The notes beneath the pieces were generated by a model. The model saw only the letters and a program-made list of their open reading frames with translations. It had not been told where the DNA came from and searched no databases. This document shows, piece after piece, positions 30,433 to 40,495 of a DNA stretch of 64,000 bases (positions within the stretch are counted from its first letter, which is position 1; each line of letters opens with the position of its first letter). The position numbers and the translations under genes are program-made. The stretch comes from the human T2T-CHM13v2.0 reference genome, Homo sapiens: positions 21,248,001-21,312,000 of the forward strand of contig CP086569.2 in the NCBI GenBank assembly GCA_009914755.4, written 5' to 3'.

Positions 30433-31959
30433 AATTAAAAACCTAGTAAGTTGTTTTTATTATGTGCTAGGTGCAGATACAGTCTTACTTCTTTCAGCAT
30501 AGTTAGGATTGTGCTTACTTTTATATGTCCTCCAATGTTACTGGTAGTGAATGAGGCAAGGTGACAGTTTTTAAAAGTCAAAGAAGTAGTTTGAAATCTT
30601 AAAACTTTTAGCAACATAGCATCTGTCCTACATAATTTACACAATCTATTTAAATCTTGCAGACATTTGCATTTTAACAATAATCTTCAAAGGTGTTTTT
30701 ACTTTACAAAAATTAAAGTCATATGGACTGAAAAGTACCACACCCTTTATCTTTCCTTTAAAATTATTTGATTTGAGCCCATATACTTTTTTAATTAACT
30801 AGAGCTCTTTTTAAATAGATATCACACACATAACACCTATATAACCACAGAGACCAGTAGAAGATTTTGTAGTTATACAATCTCTAGTTGGTCAGTTTCC
30901 CAACTGGATTATTGGCCTCCATGTGAAGTCCTTTAAGAACTGGGTGAGGAATAAAGTTACCAAGGTCTAGTAAACAAGCATAGCCCGAAGACAAAGAGAT
31001 TTTGAGAGATAATTATTCATATGTAACTTCAGTCGTTTAAGAAGGCAAACAAGATTTGTGCTGCCTTTTCTGTTTTCTCAGGGAGCCACAGGCCACCAGA
31101 AGTGATCCCAGGGCCTTTATTCCAGGCATCAAGAGTGGCAAGATAAAGTGGAGGAAAGTAATTCTATCACCTGAGGAAAAATCCTTTTCCATAAAACAAG
31201 ACCTATGAAGACAGAAAAATAAAGACCTTTTGAATATACCTATATATTAGATATCCACTTTTAGTTAAGCTGAATGCTATTTAAGAAAATCATTTTTCAT
31301 TAATTGAACCTTACAGAGAATATAAACAGTGATTCTGATAATTTTATTTTCTGGTTTGCATCACTACCTGTTCAGAATCATGTTAAGTTTCTCCAGTTTC
31401 CTCTGGAAAAAAAGTGTTTGGGTTCAGGCAAGGGTAGGTTTTCAATTAGACTGAAGATACCTCTAATAACAAAGCTTGATATTTGAGGAGGGATTGCTAG
31501 CCAGAGGCTTCCCTTAAAGGACAGCAGTACTGCTATACTGGGTGGGATGCAAACAGTTAAGTTATTTTATGTGGTTAACACCATAGCCTCTGGCACCAGC
31601 AAAGCCACTGCTGTAATTTCTCAGAGGCAAGTTGCCCATACTTTAGCCATCAAGTCAACTTCCTCACTTAGATAACCCACTAGTTGAGCTATAACTCAAG
31701 GCTTAGTTAAAAATCCCTGGGCTATTCTTTTTTTTTCTGATACGTAGATATTAAATACATTTTCTGTCAGAAGATTGAAGGTTGACGCTTTAAGTAAGGT
31801 TTGCTTTAGCTAGCTAAAGGCTTTGAGTTTGGGGTTCATAAATGAATTTAGGGAGATAGTTTTAGCTGCTTGAGTTTATTTTATGAAGTAGTGTAAAAGA
31901 TGAACTATTTTATTGTATTCCAGTACCCAAAATCTTCAAAATAAAATAATGCCTAAGAA

Positions 31960-34900
31960 TCCTTCTAAAAGTTAAGAAAAATGAGCTCAATTGTTTCCTC
32001 CCCTGGTGCTCTGGTTCCTTCTGGTAAGACCAGATGCAGATACTTCACTGCAGCCTAACAGAGCTTAGGTTTAGATTTGGAGACACTAAATTCCCTTCCA
32101 ACTAAGAAATTAAGAAGAGCTTTAGTGTCTTCTTGAGAAATCCATCACGATCATGCCTTGGAAAAACTGAAAGGCTGGATTAGGAAAAAAAAAGAGAGAC
32201 AAGGTCTAATGTTTAGAAGAGTGTTTACTTTGCACCCTTTTACATGCAGAATCACTTGGGACTCCTGGATATTGATGGGTGTTAGAGTCCTTGGAGCCTG
32301 CCTATCAAGCTATGTGATACAATCGTCCTGCTGGACCATCAGAAAGACTGGCTTTGAACCTGGTGATTGACATTTCCTGGGACAGTTGTACTTCCAGTAG
32401 TCTTAACAGATGGGACAAGGCTGGGGTGGCTTCTTATTGCTGTTCTGGATATCCCATTTATAGTGCCCCCACTTGCCACACCAGTAACAATTAGCAGTTG
32501 CATGTTGATGATTCCAGGTCTCATTAACACGTGAAGTGGCAACTAGTGCTTTCTTTTTTCTCTTGTGCCTCCCCTTTTCTTCCTAGGTCTCCTTCTCCTG
32601 GTACATGTTGTAAAATATTGATGAGGCTAGACCTAGGAGGTTTTCTAGGTGCTATCTGGGCTCACACTCTACTTTTGTAATTTCCTTCCAAACCAGGGAT
32701 TTCCTAGGTAGTAAACTTGTCTGTTAAGATTATGTGTCCCTCAATATGTATTAGGAGATAGAGAACTGGGCTTCACTAAAGTATACTTCTTTCCAAAGAA
32801 GCTGAGAGGTTTTCAACAGGATTTAATAAGGACAGTTAAAAGTAATTGAGAAGACTGGTTATGATTATTTGCAAGCCTTTTACTATACACATAAGAAAGT
32901 GTTTTTTTTTCACAGATCAATGGGATAACTAGGGATTCAATTAGGGTTTTTAATGGACAGTGCTTCTCTTATTAAAAATGGAGATTCTGTCTCTTTCTTA
33001 CCCTCCTTCCCTTTTTGACTGGGTTTCTCTTTGACTGCCTGTAGGAGGTCTGTTGTGTGTCTCTGAATATCTCTGCTATCTGTAGAGGTGCCTGTTTCTC
33101 TGCAACAGTTAGGATTTAGCTTAGAAGTAGCATAACGTCTCTCCACATAAGATTCAATAGTTGGGTTAGATTTTGTAAAACCTCCATATATCTATCACAA
33201 TCATTAGAGAAATTGCCTAGGTCCTCCTCTTTGTTAGAGGTTCTGCAATGAGAAGAAAACTGGAACCCTAGTAACACCATGTCCACTGAATGTTTCCCAT
33301 GGGGTAAGAATGAAGGTTCGGGTCTCTTGCTTGGCAAAACAAGAGAATCTAATGATATCATTATAGGGTTCCCTGAATAAGGGAGGCAGGTAGGATACAC
33401 ATAATTTGCTTTTGAGGGTTTCCCAAAAGTTAGTCTCTCTGACTTTGGGGAATTATATTTTGTAGTCTTGCATGATAGGGATGCCAAGAGGGCAAGGTGA
33501 ATTTGACTATGCTTACAGAAATCTGGGTTGCTTCATATAAGTAAAAAAATCTAGTTGTTGAATAGTATTAAAATTATTGCTTCCCTGAAGAGGCCAGGCC
33601 TCCTTTCCATAAGATGGCTGAGTCCCTCTGAAATAGAACATAAGCTGTGTGTTTTTTTTTTTTTTCTTCAGGGTCTGAGGGAAAAAAGAGTTAAAGAAGA
33701 ATGCACTCAAGGGAAGTGTAGTCTTCAAATTGTGTGTTACCCATCTTGAAAAGTGAAGAGAAAAGGTGTCTCTCAGTCTTCTTATTTTTTTAGATTGACC
33801 CAGAATGGAGAGAAAAATAGAGGGGTGTCCCTCCTATTCTCTTTCTTTACCCTCTGGGTCCTGGCACATTAAGGGAAGTGTGACCTTCACCCATAGCTCT
33901 GGAGCAGCTCACCAGCAGGATTTGCCATGCTGACCTGCACAAAACCCTAGCTTTTTGTCCTACTGATTTCCTAGACTCACTCAACCCAAAAGGGTCTGGT
34001 GGTACTCCAGAGACCTGAGAGAAATTAGTTTCTAGTTAAATTTTAGCAAGATTCTTTAATGAAGATAGTGCTGAATTACCATCTCTGACTTTCCTTGTTA
34101 TGGCTCCAAAAAACATCGGAATCTCAGAGAATGGGACCAGTTGACATAAAATATCTTGTTTATTTAATGCTGAATATACTTAGATGCAGATGACATGCCA
34201 CAAGACAGCATAAGATGTGCCACAAAAGAGCTGTCATTTCTTTGATGGGGACAGCAAAAAGCTTAAAATCTGTCTTTTGAGGTAACATTCTCCTAATTGT
34301 TACAAGTGGATTTATCCTGCCCCCCAAATAGGGCATGGGACATGATCACTGATAAAGGGATGTAAGAGAGAAAGTACTTAGGGGACTATAAGTTTTGAAC
34401 AAAGAGTAGGCAAGGCTCCACACAGAATAACATCCCATTTTACTAGGTGACATTGTGGGGTTAGAAATGCTAGGTAAAAACTTGGAGTTGAACTTTTTTT
34501 CAGATAAATGTTAGAAAGAGAGATTTGGGATTTCATAGGCTGTCCCTATAGTATGCTCCCTGCCAGAAGAAAATTAACTTGTTTCATAAATGAAATGTTT
34601 ACATTCATTGAACAGTGCTGAGCTTTTACATGAAAAGACAACCCAAATGAAGAGGTCTCAGAGTGAAATATTCTCTCATCCAGTGCCTGTTATTAGGGGA
34701 CTTAAAGACCCTTACTAGGTACAAATTTAGAGAGATCCTAATTTTTTCTGTTTCTAGGAAATCACAAAATGAAAAACACTTTGAGTTATATTTCCAATTA
34801 CTAGGATACTGACTGACTTTACCCAGCAAGATTATATGTCTAGGTTGCAGAACACCTCCAATATTGCATATAAAGAAGGAATAGGAGATATGATAGCCAT

Positions 34901-35544
34901 AAAAAGAAAGAAGCAAAAATTGATATAGAAAGACTGGAAGTCCTTGTGCCAAAGCCCTGATGGGCTTTCAGAAAAAAGAGTTAGTCCAAGGCCTTTAGGT
35001 AACACTGAGGTGTATCTCCAGCCAGAAACCTTCAGTTGCCCTAGGATCTTTTTTAAATCCCATGCAATGGCTAGGTTTTCTGGAAAGAAAACAGGGTCAA
35101 TACAAAGCCAACATTCCCAAAGTTTCTCTTAAGAGAAAAAAACTGAGTGTAACAAGGCTCAGAAAGTAAAAAATAAAAATAAAAATAAATTAAAAATAAA
35201 GATTCTACTTCTACTCACTCTTCTAATTAATCCCTTTCTTCCTGGCCAATGTGCCAAAATATGTTGTAGTCTCACCAATGCAACAAGATGTTTCAGTTTC
35301 TTATTCTTCTGAAATAATACCTGGAGTTCTTTGTTTCATGTCCAAGATAATAAAGGAGCATGAACACAAGGGTGAGGTTGGAATAGAATAATAGTTTAAT
35401 AATTGAAAGAAGAGAGTTCTCTGCCAGCAGAGAGGGCAGGCCTCAATAAATTGCCCACTCTGAGGCTGAGAATCAGGGATTCTATGGAAAAAGAAGGTTA
35501 AATAATGTGCTTAATTTGTTGACTGTCTTGGAAATATGACTCAG
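31960..35544 (-). mobile_element. ERV internal unit 1: leader and gag (gamma-retrovirus-like), copy 1 of a ~4.1-kb tandemly repeated LTR-leader-gag unit
   Basis: Colinear (about 70-75% identity) with 36050-39704. Gag relics are on the minus strand (see the pseudogene entries). Confidence 0.65.
32339..33487 (-). pseudogene. ERV gag relic (capsid N-terminus to nucleocapsid zinc knuckle), frameshifted
   Basis: ORF 33116..33487(-) ...NDCDRYMEVLQNLTQLLNLMWRDVMLLLS (cf. MLV CA ...[32 protein letters not shown]). ORF 32339..32542(-), read across a frameshift, gives ..NCYWCGKWGHYKWDI.. = CX2CX4HX4C nucleocapsid knuckle (cf. MLV CAYCKEKGHWAKDC). Confidence 0.6.
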
Positions 35545-36130
35545 ATTGACCCAGGGCCTTGGCCAAGGACCAGTCACACATTTTGCCTTAGACTGTGCCC
35601 AGTCCAATCAGGGGCTGAAGTGCTGATTTATAGGGACTGCTCATCTTACTGTGCTACCCATCAGGAGCTGAAGTGAAAGCTTGGCCTGGGAATATAGCCC
35701 AAAACTAATCAGCATCTGAAGTAATAATTCATAGAGGCTAGGCTCACAAACGAAAAGAAAAAGATAGCACCCACTGGAATCTACCAAAGCCCACTGTGTT
35801 CATGCCCACAAAAAGAGAAGAAACTTTTTCATGAGATGCTAATTATACAAAAGACAAAGGCATTTCTGTGTCACAGCTTGTTTCCTTATATGGGTGAGCC
35901 AGATGTTTGTGAAAGTTCTTGATTAAATGGGCTGGAGATTTCCCTGTCTGTGTAGCCATGAGCATATTTTCAGTTACAACACCCCTGTGCTATTTCCCTT
36001 ATTACTGCCTGCAGCTTGATTATTTTTTCCCAGTCAGCTTTCTATGTTATGTGGAAATGAGACACTGACACATGGTTTGGGGACTCCCTGGGGGTCCTTC
36101 CTTTACTGTCTACCAAAGGCAGGCTATTTC
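35545..36130 (-). mobile_element. ERV LTR copy B (shared between the two tandem units); carries 3-4 sub-repeats of ~45-50 bp with CCAAT-like cores at its low-coordinate end
   Basis: gggccttggccaaggaccagtcacacattttgccttagactgtgcccagtccaatcaggggctgaagtgctgatttatagggactg / ctcatcttactgtgctacccatcaggagctgaagtgaaagcttggcctgggaatatagcccaaaactaatcagcatctgaagtaataattcatagaggctagg. The LTR body is colinear with copies A and C. Confidence 0.7.
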
Positions 36131-39100
36131 TTTCCAGTGCATTTCTGAAATCAGACAGAGCTGAGCTTTTGATTGTTGGACCTATATTTCTTTTCAGCTA
36201 AGAAATTAAAAAGAGTGTTTTCCTTCCCAAGAAGTCTATCAGACTTATCCTATGAGAGGAGGGAAACCCTGAATTGGAAAGGAGAACAAAGAGACTAGCC
36301 CTGGACATTCACTTTCCTCCCTTCTAATTCCATAATCTCATGGGACTCCTGGACAGTAATGGCAGTTAGAGCTATCGGAGCTGTGGAATTGGCTCTGGGA
36401 CCCATCAGTCCTGTTGGAATATTGAGGACACTTGCCCTTGACTCAGTGACCTACATCTCCAGGGAAAGTATGACTTCTAGTGGTCTCAACAATGGGTGGA
36501 AGAAGGTGGCTTCTTCTTGCTGCCTTGGCAATCCTTATTGAATACTCCCACTTGCCACATTGATAGCAATTATCAGGTGCACTTTGGGGATTCTGGATCT
36601 CATTAGCTTGCGAAGTGGCAACTAGTGCCTCTTTTTTCTCTTGTGCTATTCCTCTTTTTCCTGTGACTTCTCCTTGTCTCTCATATATAAGACCAAGAAG
36701 GCCAAACCCAGAAGGTTTTCCAAGGTGCTATCCAGGCTCACAATCTGCTTTTTTTCTGATATTAGTGGCTGCCTGAGTAATAAACTTGTCTTTTAAGATT
36801 ATCTGTCCCTCAACTGAATTACGAGATACAGAGGTGTGTTTCACTAAAGTGTCTGTCAGCCTTTCAAAAAAGGCTGAGGGATTTTCATCTTGCTTCTGAT
36901 ATGAAAAAGGAGAGTTTAAAGTAAGTAAAAGTTTGGTTCAGGTTCTTTTCAAGCCTTACAATATGCAAATCAGAAAGTGTTTTCTTTTCCAGTGACCTAT
37001 AGATCACTAGGTTTCCAAATATGGCTTCAAAGGGGCACAACCTTTCTTTCTATTAGAAATAGAAATTCTTCTCTTTTTTACCCTATTTCCACTTTCAACT
37101 GGGTCTATTTTTTGACTGACTAAAGGAGATCTGCTGTTTTTCTTCAAATCTCTCTGCTGCCTGTAGAGATGCCTATTTCTCAGCAGCAGTTAGAGTTTGG
37201 CTTAGGAGTAACAGAACATCTCCCCATGGGAGATCAAACACTTGCATTAGATTTTGGAAAGCCTTTTTATGTCTATCACAGTCATTATAAAACTTGTTTA
37301 GGTCTGTCTGATTTTTTATAAGGAGTTGTAATGAGAAGGAAACTTGGACTCTAGTGGTACCATGTCTATAGGACATTTAGTGTAGGAGCAAGAGTGAAGT
37401 TGGAGGTTTCTTGCATGCCACAACCGCAGGAGCTGATGATAGGACTATTGAGGGCCCTGGATAATAGAGGTAGGCAGAACACCCAGAAGTTGCCTTTGAG
37501 GGTTTCTCAATGGTTTGTCTTTCTGACTTTTGGGAATTATATTTTGTAGGCTTGCCTGATATGGCTGCAAAGAGGTCAGAGTGAATTTTACAATGCTTAC
37601 AAAAATCTGGATTTCATTGGAGATTAAAAAGAAAAAAGCTAGTTCTTTAATGTCATTGAAATTAATGCTACCCTGAACAGTCTAGGCCTCCTTTCCCTAA
37701 GATGAACATACAAGCCCCATAAATAGAATATATACTGTGAAATGTAATATAAACTGCTTTTTCTTTAGGGTCTGAGTGTTAAGAGTTAAAGAAGAATGTG
37801 CTCAAGGAGAGTACAGACCACAGATGTTCTGTCACACATCTAGAAAAATGTGGAGAAAATGTGCTATCTTTCTCTTTTCTCTTTTCAGAATGACCCAGGG
37901 TGGAGAGAAAGTTAGAGGGGTATCCCATTATGCAAGCATATCCATCCTTGGATCCAGATGAGCTAGCTGGAAGGATTAGCCATGGTCACCTGCACAAAGC
38001 CCTAGATTTTTACCCGGCTGATTTCCTAGACTAACTTAACCCCAAAGGATCTCAAAGTACCCCAGAAGCCCAGGAGAAATTGGGTACTAGTTAAATTTTG
38101 GCAAGACTTATTAATGATGGGAGTCTCTTAATACAATTTCTGGCTCCCCCTGATATGACCCCAGGAAAACATTGGAATATCAGAGAATGGGACCAATTGA
38201 CATGCAAATATAAAATATCTTGTTTAAATTCCAGTGTACCTGGATGCAAAACAGATGCCTCAAAAGAGCATTGAGGAGTGTATGGATTGAATGACTGTCG
38301 TTTCTATGATGGGGACAGCAAAAAGGCTAAAATATGTCCTTTAAGGGTGGCTTCCTCCCAACTATTACAAATGGAATTATCCTGCCTACAAATAGGCCAT
38401 GAGACATGATTACTGACAAAGGGATGTAAGATAGAAGATAATTAGAAACTAGATGTTTTGGAGAAAGTGTAGACAAGGCTTCCCACAGAGAAAAAATCTA
38501 ATTTTACTAGGTGGCCATTTGGGATTGAAATGCTAGGTAAAATTCTGACTTGAAATTTTTTTCAGGTAACTATTACAAAGAGAGGTCTGGGTTTTGATAG
38601 GGTGTCCCCATAACATGCCCCCAGTATAAAAAAAAATTTATAAAAAAATGTTTAGATTCATTGTACAGTTCTGGGCTTTTACAGCAAGTGAAGAAACAGC
38701 CCATATGAAGAGGAGGGTATTCACTCAGGGTAAACTATTATCTCATCCACTGCCATGAATGTTTATTATTGAGGGACAGAAAGGCCTGAACTATGTAAAA
38801 CATTAGAGAAATCCTAATTTTTTTCTGTTGCTAGGAAATCACAAAAACAAAAATTCTTTGTTACATTCCTGATTACCAAGACATTGACTGACTTTATCAG
38901 ACAAGTTTATGTCTCTAAATTGCAAAAACACACAGAACATTTCTTACAACAGAGGTATAGTAGACATAATAGCCACAAGAAGAAAGAAGGAAAATATGAT
39001 AAAATGACTGGAAGTTATTGTGCTGGTGCTCCAATGGGCTCTTGGGAACTGGAATTAGTTGAAGGGCCTTCAGGTAACATTGAGTTGTAGGCTCAGTCCC

Positions 39101-39704
39101 AAGCCTCAGTTGCCCTAGGACCACTTTCTAATCCCATGTGATGGCTAGGCCTTCTGTGAAGGGAATCTGAATTATAATAGAGCCAAAATTCAAACATCTG
39201 GGAGTAATTGGGGAATTGATAAAGTCCTCTGCAGCAAGCTTTTCCCCTGAGTCTTAAGGCTGACATTGATGTTAATTATTTTTAAATGGCTGACATGGTT
39301 CCAGTGTTTTGTCAGCTCTGGAGATTAAAAACTTAGGACAAGAACCTCAGAAAGTGGAGTGTTAAAGATCCACTCCTAATCACCCTTCTGATAAATTCCT
39401 TCTTACCCAGACCATGCATCAAAGTATGTTGTAGTCTCACTAATGTACCAAGACAAAACAGTCTCTCATTGTCTGAGATAATACGCAGAGTTCTTTGTCC
39501 TATGACCAAGATAGCTAAGAAGCGGGGACACAAGGGTGAGGTTGGAGCAAATGTTTAATAAATGAAAGAAAAAATCTCTCCACCAGCAAAAAGTGGAGGA
39601 CTGTATGGGTTTAAGCCATGGTGTCATGGTCTAGGGTTCTTATGGACTGGGAAGAAAAATGAATATGCTTTGTCTTCTGGATGTCTTGGAGACTTCATGG
39701 CTCA
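36131..39704 (-). mobile_element. ERV internal unit 2 (leader and gag only), tandem copy of unit 1; it ends directly against LTR copy B
   Basis: Colinear with 31960-35544 throughout. Examples: ...atctcatgggactcctggacagtaatggcagttagagc ~ atcacttgggactcctggatattgatgggtgttagagtcc; cttgtctttctgacttttgggaattatattttgtaggcttgcctgat ~ ttagtctctctgactttggggaattatattttgtagtcttgcatgat. Confidence 0.65.
36440..37400 (-). pseudogene. ERV gag relic, copy 2
   Basis: ORF 37173..37376(-) ...FYNDCDRHKKAFQNLMQVFDLPWGDVLLLLSQTLTAAEK (gamma-retroviral capsid W-DD..LL..TLLT..EEK motif). Zinc-knuckle remnant in the rc of 36535-36580 (..DNCYQCGKWEYS..). Confidence 0.55.
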
Positions 39705-40270
39705 GCTTTGCATAAAATCAGAAAGCATGGGCCAGGACCAATCAGCAGCTGATGAAACAATTTATAGAGGCTGTTATTTTGGCCTGGGATTTATCTAGAG
39801 CTGAAGTTATAGCTTGGCCCAAAAACTTACTCCTGGACCAATCAAGAGCTGACATGAAAATTTATAGAGCCCAGCCTCACAATTCAAAAAGAAAAGAAAA
39901 GTTCCCACTGAAACTTACTGGAGTCCACTGTGTTCAAGCCAACAAAAGGAGAATAAACTTATTACTGGGAGCCAGCTGATTACACAAAGGACAAAAGCTT
40001 TTCTATGCCAGGCTTTTTAAATTTATCTGAGTTATCTTATTTATCTGGAGGCTTGTGCAAGTTTTTATGTGAATGGGCTGGAGATTCTCCTCTCTGTGCA
40101 GCCAGTGGCATGCCTACAGTAACAACCCATGTGCTAGTTAACCTATAAGTTCCTGAAGCTTGATTTCTTTTCCCTGGCTGCTTTTTGAGTTATGTAGGAA
40201 TGAGGTCCTGTCGCATACATCAGGGGCCCTCTAGGAACCCCTCTCTTGGTTTCTACCTAATGCAAGTAAC
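39705..40270 (-). mobile_element. ERV LTR copy C (5' LTR of the upstream partial unit), with CCAAT-containing sub-repeats
   Basis: catgggccaggaccaatcagcagctgatgaaacaatttatagaggctg / ttattttggcctgggatttatctagagctgaagttatagcttggcccaaaaacttactcctggaccaatcaagagctgacatgaaaatttatagagcccagcctcac ... then the body is colinear with LTR copies A and B. Confidence 0.7.
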
Positions 40271-40379
40271 CCCTCTCAGCATAATGGTGACACTATTATA
40301 TTCTACCCAATAATCAAATATTACATCTATTAATCTTTTGTCATGTGTTTCATATATTATTAAATAAAAATAAATAAAT

Positions 40380-40495
40380 TAGTATCTGTTTTAAATTAAA
40401 TTATTATATTGATTATATTGATTATATTGAATTATATTATTAAATTAAATTATTATATTGAATTATCTGTAATAAATTAAATTATTACATGAGCG
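40380..40495. repeat. AT-rich minisatellite (about 25-40-bp units: aaattaaattattatattgaattat variants)
   Basis: aaattaaattattatattgattatattgattatattgaattatattattaaattaaattattatattgaattatctgtaataaattaaattattacatg. Confidence 0.7.

Larger units (their letters stand above)
26131..31959 (-). mobile_element. Presumed remnant of the ERV internal region (pol/env side) interrupted by younger insertions (Alu, MaLR, L1PA). The ERV assignment of the non-inserted parts is not verified.
   Basis: The assignment is positional only: the region lies between LTR copy A and the gag-containing unit, in the orientation set by gag. I could not recognise pol or env motifs by eye. Confidence 0.35.

Noticed and set aside
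31960-32110. A fourth, highly truncated ERV LTR copy just downstream (minus-strand sense) of gag in unit 1
   Set aside because: Only about 130 bp (ctaacagagcttaggtttagatttggagacactaaattcccttccaactaagaaattaagaagag) resembles the U3-side edge of LTR copy B (cagacagagctgagcttttgattgttggacctatatttcttttcagctaagaaattaaaaagag). The LTR body is absent. It is more simply explained by the tandem-unit boundary lying about 130 bp inside or beside the LTR edge, so I did not call a separate LTR.
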